Positions 12,801 through 22,900 of a DNA stretch of 64,000 nt are shown one piece after another; position 1 is the first letter of the stretch; each line of letters opens with the position of its first letter. Made by a program: the position numbers and the translations under genes. A model generated the notes under the pieces. That model was given only the letters and a program-made list of their open reading frames with translations, did not search any database and was not told the DNA's origin. Source of the stretch: Anthoceros angustus (lineage: Eukaryota; Plantae; Anthocerotophyta); assembly GCA_010909165.1 (NCBI GenBank), contig VJWM01000103.1:620001-684000 (forward strand), read 5' to 3'.

Positions 12801-12941
12801 AGCAGGTTATCCTTGCAAGCGTGGGATGACATCTTGCGGATATCAGTGAACGGTCCAGATACGAGCAAGATTGATTGGCTGACGATGTTTGATGTCTGGA
12901 AGAATGGAAAGGACAATGGAGTGCTTCCAAAGTTTCACTGA
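9801..12941 (+). CDS. ZNF862/DUF4371-like hAT transposase-derived protein with two tandem TTF-type zinc fingers (likely domesticated)
   Basis: Intact intronless 1046-aa ORF. Two near-identical modules F-x3-W-x3-YPW..MKC-x2-C..PWGKGSGCRNLQLSALRCH-x2-SENH (~10308-10526 and ~10753-10972). RNase-H-like motifs FFSLLVD and LATDG, a W (EWVSR), and the C-terminal hATC motif IPASTVVCERGFS...RSRL. Confidence 0.85.
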   Translation: MSAAASASASAAAGVADKPARSRKSKAFTLGALLAGADVDPRFPGDGLQDGMRPAGSGSASASASASLSLGEGSNDVGADGEDDLDFEDDKGDGDGNGDGDGDGNELELELEQEQEQEHEHEHEHEQEQEQEEEEEEGFGNGRGDEQEGSMGIGMGMGMGSTSSLKKKLFKRQFRNAWRYLYPWVITRKKPSGETVMKCEYCEEGGLDTPWGKGSGCRNLQLSALRCHANSENHKKAEARWGCRPGEHIRSLALPLPLPLPLPVPVPVSVPAPAPLPLPDQMREMADQGADMVACHVMDFEEELQGDGAAEKGKNGKLVKRHFRHAWRLLYPWVRTVRKPGGESVMKCRYCEEGNLDTPWGKGSGCRNLQLSALRCHARSENHKKAEARWGSRFDDVRPMLESVKAGADEVRLPPDNTVAPLVEGSTVFQDALRPLCLPDMSRSMAMQVRSSTEPLRLLPHDLLQGLLDSADRGSVISGLQLMYFIAWKNYPLEAYPELCDLVRLLGAPKVPGKDDGLDYVSMDAGKAFLSAASDYLKLTQQEELKDSPFFSLLVDNGVGLAVENHVAMYVTYLSGKGAGRPTTEFLQLVEIKDRSAHSIYTAVCNMLMQRNLVRAKQVVLATDGTSGLSSERGHLVSIFRRDVPHLLETHSVTRLATECLAAGDAARNVPELNFVNNFVRKVYESVSSSANEHIEFEELMEAFTAGMVDPSYFYKVEWVSRWQAVEKLVQAMPFLLDKWQAEEHGWYGYATIYQVQFWLHLLADVLLELNKLNKKIQEENVEITTIGSFLDVTLSVLRRRFLRGHNEFGLGGRYVDQLLKEGELRSTDMHGNVRVHILRLEGLQGSLRGGSVEDCKALGEIFVQNVVQLLIDRFPDINVFHSARLFSPKYYPSDEIEMERMTAHWLEKLLERFCDGLAQPLVSRESCKAELHEFVSMLANSCERKNMLEAWKFCGGTPHWHQDWPNLMRLWQIVMVIPASTVVCERGFSKKVLTRNSNRSRLSLQAWDDILRISVNGPDTSKIDWLTMFDVWKNGKDNGVLPKFH

Positions 12942-13495
12942 CTCGGCTCCTTACAACCGGTTCGGTATCCCAAGCCTCTTAACCCTTTGTACAAACGAAA
13001 CTCACAACCTAATTATCAGCGGTCTGACACTACACAAAAAAGTTAATTTGTAGGAGCTTTTGACAGGTTACAAAACATTCATTCTTTGTGCCTCTGTTGG
13101 CACCATCTCTCACGGGTGTGCATTGATCCTTGTAATTTTGCAATCATCTTGAATGTCTTCAAGTTTTGTGATGTGCTGTGAGAATTTTATTTTTGCGCCT
13201 CACCAAGGTGTACACTATATCTCAATTGAAACAGAATCTCAGCTTACAAGTTATTTTGCTGCCGGTATCAGCAAAGAAAGTCAAGCTCTGTGCTAATTAC
13301 ATCCAACATCCCAACTGGAACTTTTGTTCAACTGCTTGGCTGGGACTCCGGTAGAGCTTCCACTTGGTGAAAGCTTGGAGAGATGCAAACAACTTGATGA
13401 ATCCCTCCATGCAACAAGTCCTCAAATACGACGGTGCTGCAGAAAAAGAATCGACTGTACAGATAAAACATAGGTGTGCCTCACAGCCTTACACC

Positions 13496-14293
13496 TTACA
13501 CAAGCCAAACATTCTGTATTTGGGTGGCTAGCGAAGGACCAAAACACTTAGCTTGGGTAACGCTAAATCTAATACAGGCGCCACAAGTGGATGCAACCCG
13601 TGTAGTCTGCAAAACGTAGCAAGCACTCCGCCCCAGACTCTTGGCCTGCACAAGCAAACCCCAAACCTCTGAGCCCTCCTCTAGCTCCTCCACGGTCACT
13701 GCACTGCAGGCATCACCCGGCAGCCCTGCAATGCAACTGTTGCCAAGGCTAGACGGGTCTAATCTGTGCACCATTATGACACCATCAGGACAGAGCTCCG
13801 AAACAGACTTCCTGACACAAGTCCACTGCTCTGGATTGTCCAGTACCTCCCTAGAAACCTTGTGCCGCGTTGACTCCCCTGCTCCATATACAAGGTGCAG
13901 AAACGGTGCTTCCTGTAGGTGTCTGACGATGTCGAACACAGCCTTCTCCAACCACCTCTCAAACACCCCATGAGGTGTGCTGGTGCAGTCTCTTGGGAAC
14001 CTACAGGTAAGGTCTTCCTGTGACTCACCAATTCCCTCATACTCCCGGAGTTGGCATGTCATGACCCTTCTGCGAAAGGGACTCAATGTTTCCAACCGGA
14101 CATTCTTCAGACTCACCTCCCACCTACATCTAGCTGGTCTCAGAGAAGAGTCAAACGCCACGTTCGTAGATGGGAACCCCATGTGCACCCTACCAAAACA
14201 TAATTGATCTCTGGTCCTGGAAGCACAGCACATGCTTTCGGAGCAAGGTAACATCCCGCATTTCGCCATCTCACTCACCCAATTTCCGCCCAT
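13496..14293 (-). CDS. Conserved plant uncharacterised protein (DUF7804-like), probably plastid-targeted
   Basis: 265-aa single coding exon. Motifs WLEKAVFDIVRHLQEAPFL, PDGVIMV, WGLLVQ and ACYVLQT..C..F are recalled from a plant-wide unknown family. A probable 5'UTR intron lies at ~14325-14427. Confidence 0.75.
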   Translation of the reverse strand: MGGNWVSEMAKCGMLPCSESMCCASRTRDQLCFGRVHMGFPSTNVAFDSSLRPARCRWEVSLKNVRLETLSPFRRRVMTCQLREYEGIGESQEDLTCRFPRDCTSTPHGVFERWLEKAVFDIVRHLQEAPFLHLVYGAGESTRHKVSREVLDNPEQWTCVRKSVSELCPDGVIMVHRLDPSSLGNSCIAGLPGDACSAVTVEELEEGSEVWGLLVQAKSLGRSACYVLQTTRVASTCGACIRFSVTQAKCFGPSLATQIQNVWLV

Positions 14294-15266
14294 AATTACA
14301 ACAAATAAATCCCCTCCAGCTCCCTGAATAGATATTCTAAGTCGGCTAGCCAGATTCAGTCCTGAGCTTACAGTTCTCGCGCATTCACAGCCACAAGAGG
14401 CGAAAGCAAAATTCTATTTCGACTCACCGCACTGCCCATTCCCATGTAAGGACGTTGCCATGCCCGATCCCGAGGCCCAAGAATTCCCATGTTTCAGCCG
14501 ATTTTACAACTTCGTCACGCCATGTTGAGAAACTTTCTGCCTTTCGTTCTCCAGTGACGACATCGCTCAAAGTAGCGAGCCCCTGCCCCTGCCTGCTCCG
14601 ACCTGATCCGATTGCGCACCGACCCGGAAGCTTCTGCGCTACGAAGCTGCCGGGAATGCCGGCGCCAGACGAGCTTGTGGCCGGCTGTGGTGCAAGCTTC
14701 GTCGGTTAGGCGTCAGGAGAGCAGGACCGTAACAAGAAGGTGAGCAAACATCCGGTTGTGGACCGGCAGCCGGCCCATGTGGCAGGCACGGGCACCCATA
14801 CTTCCTGCCAGGTGGCGGTGGGATAGTGGCTCACGACCCGCTGCGAGACCATGTTTGGCGCACCTCAGAGCGCGCCCAGCTTATGTGGCTCGTGACATGG
14901 CGCCGGGCTGCACGCGCCCGGGCACGCTCGCTTTAAGTGCGTTTTCATGTCGGAGACAAAACGAGGGTGCGTTTTTCAATTAATCACGAAGATACATGTG
15001 AGACTAATCGCGGGGCGGGGCAGCGGCATCCCTTCGACAGGCCACCAGCATGGCAAAACGGAAAAGCGTGGTGGAGGCCGCCTCCCCCGCTTGCGTGTCC
15101 CAGTGTCAGAAGCTTTGCGTGCAACGAGATCGTCGTGCACCGTGCGCCTCCTTCTGGTTTCCTTGCACGGGCCAGATTCTTTGGATTCCTTCTGCTCTCG
15201 AGTGCTGGAGCTTGCTGCCGGCTCTCGTTGCCGCACTGTCCAATTTGTCGAAAAATCCGCGGCCTG

Positions 15267-17258
15267 ATGGCCATCGCGCAATCCCTTCCTGCGTTTTCGG
15301 CCGCTCTCAGCCGATTGGCAGCGGGTAAGATGTGCGTGCGTTGTTCGTGCGGGCCTGGGTGACATGTTGGAAGTGTTGGTGACTGACGGCTGCTGATCCG
15401 GGCGGGCCAGAGAGCGGCTCGCTGTCACCAGTGGCTTCCAGGACCTTTGTGGCTTCAGGGACGCGTTTCGGGCTCCCTGGAGCGAGGTTGAACACGGAAA
15501 GGTGTGTGAACGCCAGGGCGAGGCGGTTAGGAGGTGACGAAGACGTGGACTCGGCGGGGGAAACCATTGCTGATGACTATTACTCCGTCCTTGGAGTGGT
15601 ACGGGACGTTTTTCAAAGGTTTGGTACTGCACACTGAGTGATTTGCAGAGGTGTTTGCCTGAAAGCGTCCATCATGCGCACCTGCAGACGCCGGATGCCA
15701 CCCCTGACGAGATAAAAAAGGCCTACTATTCTTGCATGAAGGTCTGCCATCCCGACCTCAGTGGGAACAATCCCGAGACAACGGCGTTCTGTATGTTCAT
15801 CAATGAGGTGTACGAGGTACCGAATCTGGACAGCAGTTACAAGACCTTTCTAAGTCGACTTCGACTTGCTAGTGTGTGTGCTAGTAGTGAATCTTTAGAA
15901 GTGAAATTGTAGATGCAATTTGTACAACATTTCTGAGGTCCGTTTCCACAACAAGGAGAGCTCGGGGTCAGTGAGTGCACTTGGTAATTCTGGATGCCTC
16001 CAATTCATAGGGTTTCTGTGAGATGTGGCCTTTGTCAGATATTTGTGCCTCTAAACAGGTGTGCTCAGCTCAGTGCCACCATTCTCGAAACTGCAGGTTT
16101 TGATTGATCCGGAGCAGCGTATGGTTTACGATGAAATCAACGGATATGCCTTGACAGCGGTGAATCCATTTCTGAATGATAAGCATGAAAGGGACCACTC
16201 ATTTGTGGACGAGTTTTCTTGCATAGGTGAGGATGGGTTCTACTGGTGGTGAAATTCGTGATTTTGGTCTCGAGATGGAAGAGCCTGCTTCACTTGAATG
16301 TCTGTACGTACAGGGTGCAAGAACTGTGCCAATACTGCTCCAAACACGTTTGATATTGAGATGGAGTTTGGAAGAGCAAGAGTTATGTCGCAGACAGGAG
16401 ATCACCCCTCTTTGGTGCAGAGGGCTATAGACACCTGGTATGCATTCAAAATCAGAAGTTGAAGGAGAGAGCGCACAAATCTTTTTGACTGTTTCATGCA
16501 CGGTAGGGTTCGGTGTGGCTGGCAATGATGTGTTCCTTCTGGCAGCCCTGTGGACTGCATACACTGGGTGACTCCTGCTCAGCTTACACTGTTGGAAGAC
16601 GAGATGCGAAGGATGGAACGGGTGAATGTGAGTATTTGTTGCAGCATCGAGGGGACTTCCCTTACGCTGGCTTGGGGCAGGTTTCATGAGTTTAATGGAT
16701 TTTTGCTGTGCAGGTGGGAATGATGCTGTGTGGCATGGGCAGTGGGAGTCAAGATGTGTTCGGTCAGGTATTGACCTACTTATGTTTTTGGGTCAGGTTC
16801 GACTTATGCTTACTCTCTGTTGGTGTGTCCTTCTTTCTTCCCTCCCTGATAACTCTCCTCCTATTTTGTACCACAGGCAAGCTGGAGGTGGGAGAAAAGG
16901 CAGGCCAAGACAGTGGTATGTTGTTAGCATAAGCGAAAAGCTTTCGTACACACCGTCTTGATATCCAGACACGTACTGACCCCCATCGTGTGACATGGGA
17001 TAGGCAAAGGCAAGGCGGCGCATGATGCAAGAGCAGGGTGCAGCATGGTGGGACGGATTATGGAGTCCTGTCAGTGGCGCAGAAGAGTCTCGCCAGGCAG
17101 ATACGAAGGGCGCGAGGGAGAGGGCAGCAAGAACTGCTGCCGCAGCTCGGCGCTGGCGTGAATATTCAAAACAAGGGCTGGACAGGCGAGCTACAAAGGT
17201 TCTGGCTGCTGCCCAAAGTTTGGAGGAAGAAGAGGAGGAGAAGACCACTTCTGTTTAG
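15267..17258 (+). CDS. DJC76: Chloroplast J-domain protein with 4Fe-4S ferredoxin domain (DJC76/CDJ3-4 type)
   Basis: Nine exons: 15267-15324, 15411-15598, 15688-15816, 16097-16226, 16314-16437, 16546-16627, 16714-16767, 16877-16915, 17004-17258. J domain DYYSVLG..CHPD and ferredoxin motif CIGCKNC...TCPVDCIHW. Confidence 0.92.
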
Positions 17259-17801
17259 TGGTCACATTCTTTCGCTCGAAGAGCTTTGTATTGTTCTGTG
17301 TGTATACTAGTTGTTACATAGATTGCTACAAAAGAGGCATGAGAGCGACGAAACTTGTTCTCTGCAACTGTACAGTGTGTGGTGTGATTGCATGATGTCA
17401 TGGTTCAACACTTCAACATTTGAGAATGGAGAGCTTTAGCGTCCCAGAACGATGGTGTATAACTGTGTGGAATGAATGCCACCACCCGCTGCACGCTGGT
17501 CGCATCCCTATACATAATCAGGTGGAGCTGGTGCTGCAACTACAAAGATGCCTATTCCACTCCCTAAATCTCGATGATCTAGAACCAGCTCCATATCATC
17601 GATGTACGGCCGCCGTGCACAACTCAACTCGCTACTTTAAAATGCTGATTGCTGATTGCTAACTGCTATTGCTAATACTACCTAGTCTAACTAACCCAAC
17701 TCCCACCCACCTCCAATGGAGCTTCTGCTTCTGCTTCTACTTTACAATGCTTTGAAAGGGAAATAACGAAAATAATGGGCCTTCAAAGTGAAAGACTGGA
17801 A

Positions 17802-19016
17802 CTACCTGTCGGCCTCCTTCCAGTCGCAGTCGATGTCCTTGTCCAAGGAAAGCACCGCGGGCTCCAGAGGCAGCGCCCACGGGTCCGACACCACGTCCGG
17901 CGACACCACCTGCTCCATTTTGGAGACGGAGGTGGTGCAGCTCTCGTCTTCCAGCCCTATGCACGCCAGCTCCAGCTGCTTCACGCCTTCGAGCTCTTCC
18001 AGAAACGTCTGGAACTCCTCCGGCTTCAGCGCCGCGTCCACGTCCGGGAAGTTGAAGTTGTCGTCCGCCGGCGTCGGCAGCAGCAGCGGCGGAGTCCGGT
18101 CGTCGGCGAACGGGTCCGACTCCCTCAGCCTCTTCACGGCCCTGAAGATGTGAAAATCATCGCCATCATCATCGCTCTCCTGCTGCTGCTGCTGCTGCTG
18201 CTCTTGCTGTCTCTCTTGCTGCTGCAGGCTCTCCTGCTTCACTTCGTCTCTGAGCTCCATCTTGTGGTCCAACACGGGAGCAGGCCCTGTCAGGAAGGGA
18301 GCCGCAGCAGCCATGATTTCATCCGTGGGAGACGATGCCAGCTGTTGCTCTTGCTCCTCCTCAGAGTTCTCGCAGTGCACCTCCCCCAGCTCCAGCTTGG
18401 CCAGCTGCAGCCGGCCCTTGCTTCGATCTGCAGGCAGGCAGCCACAGACATGGCACGCGCACCAGGTTCAGTAAGTTAACACGATGTCACGGCCTGGTTC
18501 CTGGGTCCTGGTTCGTTCCCTCCCAAGCCGAGGCTCGTTTCGTAGAAAGCAGAACAAATTTGCCTCTCCCAGCCGACGCCATGGCCGGAGTGAGGGTTAG
18601 GTCACTCGGAGCTGAGCAAGCAGCAGCACTGAAGACGCGGAAAGCAACGAACCGGAAGAATGTGGCGACGAGGTGGAGTTGGATCGCAAGGAGTAGGAGG
18701 AGGTGGTGGAGGGCGGGTTGCAGGAGGTGGTTGTGGTAGTCGTGTCGTCCGAATCATCGTGCTCGTCCTCCGGCGGCAGGTGCTTGGTATCCAAAATGTT
18801 AAGCTGCGCGCGGGAGCCGAATATCTTGATGGCCGCCTCGTCGTAGGCCAGCGCCGCCTCCTCCGCCGTGGCGAAAGAGCCGAGCCAGAGGCGCGTCCGG
18901 TGCTTGGGCTCGCGGATCTCCGCTACCCACTTCCCCCAGGTGCGCTGCCTCACGCCCCGGTACTTGCAGGCGGCGTTCTCGGGCCCTCCCCGCCCCTTCA
19001 TCATCCCCGGCGCCAT
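17802..19016 (-). CDS. DREB2: AP2/ERF transcription factor, DREB2 (A-2) type, ~329 aa
   Basis: [32 protein letters not shown] is the DREB2 signature. Proposed exons 19016-18653 and 18427-17802 (phase-1 intron GTTCGT...TGCAG) add a Q-rich, acidic C-terminus. The start codon is uncertain. Confidence 0.85.
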
Positions 19017-19506
19017 GCCCTGGCCTGCCGATGCCCCCCTTGCCCCCCCGCCGGTTGCTGGACGAGCTGGCCGTGGCCGTCGTCTTCATGCTTCGTTCAA
19101 TGCCTTCGTATCCTCCTCTTCGATCTGCTGCTGCTGCAACAGCAATCCCAGTCCGAGCGTGAACCAAAGCGAAATCGATCCCCTGTGACGCTGGCTCCAC
19201 AGTCCATGGCTCGAGCACGGCAACTCTCTCAGCGGGCCATGAAACTGCTCCGGGGCTGCGGGCAGCGCTTGCAACGCAAGGCCTGGCCTGGGGCGCAAGA
19301 GTGCGAAGCAAACCCTGGGCTGCGCCCCAAGAAGAAGACGCGATTCAACCAGTCCCAGTCCCCAGTCGTGGCCACTACGGTAGAACTGCCAGTCCTTCTC
19401 GGATACGATTGCGAAGAAGCTGGCTGGAGGGACGTTCGCGATGCTGCGCGACGGGACGCTGCCTCATCCCTTGTCCCGTGATTTGCTTCAGCCAAGTGGA
19501 AGGTGC

Positions 19507-19705
19507 TACGTGGCCTTCCCCCTCGCTTCCCCGATCCCATGTCAGCCTCCCACGTTGTCCGCCGGTTTCGCGTTTTCGCCTTCCCGTCGCCAAATTCAGT
19601 GCGTAATCAGCGTGCGCGCCCTATGTCCGGCTCCGGGGAACCAGCCGAGCCACCTTTGTCATGAGCCATTTCCGCCACGCTCCTGGGCCGCTTCTAGAAA
19701 CGCGT
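19507..19705. promoter_or_regulatory. ABRE (TACGTGGC, 19507-19514), HSE-like TTCTAGAA (19692-19699) and ACGCGT upstream of DREB2
   Basis: Motifs read directly. The same classes of element are known in angiosperm DREB2A promoters. Confidence 0.4.
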
Positions 19706-19732
19706 TTCTTCTGTCCGGATTCGAACTCCAGC

Positions 19733-19818
19733 AACGGCTCCCGGCAGTCTCGGAACGGCATCGTGGCTTTCCCTCCCCTCCTCCTTCCTCCTGCTCGCGG
19801 ACGCTGCCTCCGTTTGAA
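19733..19818. promoter_or_regulatory. Three MSA cores (AACGG) plus CHR-like TTTGAA upstream of ASPM
   Basis: AACGG at 19733 and 19754, and CCGTT at 19810 overlapping TTTGAA at 19813-19818. They lie 180-260 bp before the ATG of a mitotic spindle gene. Confidence 0.6.
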
Positions 19819-19994
19819 TTGCATTTTGCATTGCGTCGCATTTTCCATGGCTTGTGGCGACCGCGTGTGAGCTGCAGCAGCTCGGAGGCGGACGCGAACG
19901 CGCACGCGCAGGCGGAGGAGAACCTGAGCGCTGTTTCTTCGTCTTCACCCGCTCGCTGCATGGACCCCGCTTTCCCTCTTCGTGGCTGAGCAGC

Positions 19995-22900
19995 ATGGCG
20001 GAGGACAGGACGCCCTTGAGACTGAGCACCAGAAAGCCCAGGGCCGGCGCAGGGACGTCGCGGCAGCAGGCGTCTGGTGCGCTCGCACTTCGGGAGGCGG
20101 CAGGGGAGGCGAGTAGCGTGGTGCTGCTCCGGAGCAGGACGGAGAGCCCGCTCATCATCACAGCTCCCTGCGGGAAGATCACCACCAGAGGGAGAGCGCG
20201 CTTTAGCATTCAGCCTCTATATTTGGCCTTCGGTGGTCAGGATGGCAGACCGGCTGGTCCGCTCAAGAGAAGCTCTGGCTCGCCCTTGGAGGACATTGCC
20301 GAGCACCTCGTGCACAGCTCATTGAACAAGAAGAAGAAGAAGAAGAACTCCTTCGGCCCGGGGCCCGGGCCTGTCACGCCGATTGCCACACGGGATTTCT
20401 GGAGCGCAAATTGTAGCAGTAGCTCTCGGGATGGCGACGAGCGCCTGGTTAAGCAGGCTGCTGCGGCTTCGCCTTTCTGCAGCCCTGTGCGCTCACAGAA
20501 GAGCCTCTCCCAGGCGCTCGGATCCTGCGTCCAGCAAGCAATTCAGCTCACTCCGGCGCAGCAGCACAGGTTGCGGACTCCCATGTCCACTCGGAAGCTC
20601 AAGCTCAGGGCGTCCCGGCAGCTCAAGTTGCGGGACGGTCAGGAGCTGCAGCAAAGGCTCCAGGCGCAGGCACGGCAGGAAGCCGCCATGGAGAAGCAGG
20701 AGAGAACGTATCGAGCGTGGCTGAATTTCGTGTTTGCGAATTCTGCAGCGGGGAATGTGCTGGATCTTGATGGGCTGACAGTTTCGGGCATTTCCGGCGA
20801 AAAGTTGATGAAGGATGCAACGAGGGATTACGGGGACAAGCTCGTGATGCCCTCACCTGCAAAGGTCAGAGTCGGGTCGCGAAAGATTGGAGCCAAAGAT
20901 AGGGGCAAGGGGAAGCCGGATTGTGCATCTGTGACAGCAGCACAAGATGCTTATTTGCAGCCGCTATGCAGTGTGGTGGAGTTGCACCATAGGCTTGGAG
21001 TAGGTTTGCTGGATCATAGTCAGCAGCAGGAGATTGTGTCGACAATGGTGCAAATGGCAAAGGTGAGTCACTCAGCGTCGGTTACCTTCTGTCGAGTTGT
21101 GCTTCTCCTTCTCGGTTAAGGAACGGGAATATGTGAACCTCCTCCTGGCTTTGCAGCATGTAGCCGAAGGGAGGTTAAGGATGAAGCAGGGCTGTGTGCT
21201 GGTCACCGATATCGCACTCCGGCGGAAGGCTCTCGATGTCTTGATGGCCTACAATGCTGCGTGGCTGAGGCTAGGTCTCAGTGTGGTCCTCGGGAACAAA
21301 GCCATCGAGACTTTGACGACAGCAGACGATGCCTATACCGAGGTGTTCCTTGAGCGACACTTTTTGGGAGACATACTTCTGGCAAAAGCATATGCTACTA
21401 ACAAGTCGGTCTCATTCTCCGCTTCCTGCTCGTCTTTGTACAGCACGTCATTCCCGTTCGGGATATGACGATGACCATGTCGATGCCGGACATTGCAGGG
21501 CTATTGAAGGCCTGTACCGGGATGGTTATCATGATTGTCTGGCAAAACTTATCTTCAAAAGGTTTCTGCTGTTGGTACTATTCCTGGATAGAATGAAGTG
21601 TCACACGGGACTGCAAGTAGCTGATGGCATCGATGGACTGGATGGTGGATCCCCGCCGCTGTTTCGGCCAGGTTGCACTGTGAAATCAAGCCGGCAAGCT
21701 ATACATGGTGAGGAGCTTCACTTGTTTGTGGTCACAGAATCGCAGTGCATGTCTATCAAGAATTTCTAATGGAAGCCCCTGACTCAGAGTTCTTCTCAAG
21801 TGCGATGTTTGGAGAAGGAGACTTTCTTGGGCATCTCAGTACACTTGGCTATCACGTCTTCCATGTGCAGGTGTGATCAGTTGCAGCATACCAGAATACA
21901 AGTTGAACACTTGACTTTTCGTATGTTTTGCTTACAAAGAGTCTCTTTTCCTGTGATCCAGCCCACTCTGTCGGAGTACAACTTTCAGATCAACGGGTTG
22001 GAGGATTTAAGGGATGGAGTGCTGCTTTTCAGATTGGCCCAGCTCCTGTCAAAAGACCGCTCCCTTCTCACAGTGAGTCTCATTTCAAACAACCATGATT
22101 TTTGGACTGGGACAGTTTGATGCCCGGATCTATATTACATACAAGCTGTTCTCTTGTGTGCAATGCAGAAACTGCAACTTCCTTGTCAAACAAGATCCAA
22201 GTGCCTCGAAAACTGTGAAGCTGCTCTACAAGTCCTAGCAGAAGCTGGGGTTCCAATTGAAGATGAGGAAGACTCCCTCATCAGTGCTGAAGACATTGTT
22301 GATGGTGTAAAGAAGAAGATGTTGTCTCTTCTTTGGAATATTGTGCTTCATTTGCAGGTTTGTGAAAACCGATCAAGTACAGGAGGTCATAGAGATTTGT
22401 GGAATCAGCACGGACTGGATTCCGTTTGTGGTATCCCTTGTCAACCATCTGTCCCTCAGTATCTCCTCGTGAGGAACCATAGGGCTCAAGACGGATTGCA
22501 GATTGAGTGCTTTCTCAACTCTCAGAGCTGTTGAGTGTTTTTGCAGATGCCGTCATTCATAACCAGGCACAGACTTTGGGAGGAGATTTCGAGAATTGAA
22601 AAGCTGAACGGAGCTGCCATGGTAAACCTAGCGGTTGCAGTTGCCTATTTCCGTATCCTTGGTCTATGTGATTTCTGTGATACCTATGGCCCTTTCTCCT
22701 TGTTTGTCATCTTGCAGGCTCATCGGTTTTCGGAGGGTTTACCATCCACAGTGCACCTGCTGCTGGTATGGGTTCAGGTACTGTGCACAGCTGTACTTGT
22801 CAACTTCAGTTGTTGCTTTGAAGATTAGCCTTAGTTATTACCATTTCTACCTGCCTGCATTTAGCGTGGAACAGCAGTCAACAAACATGCTGGTGAGGTG

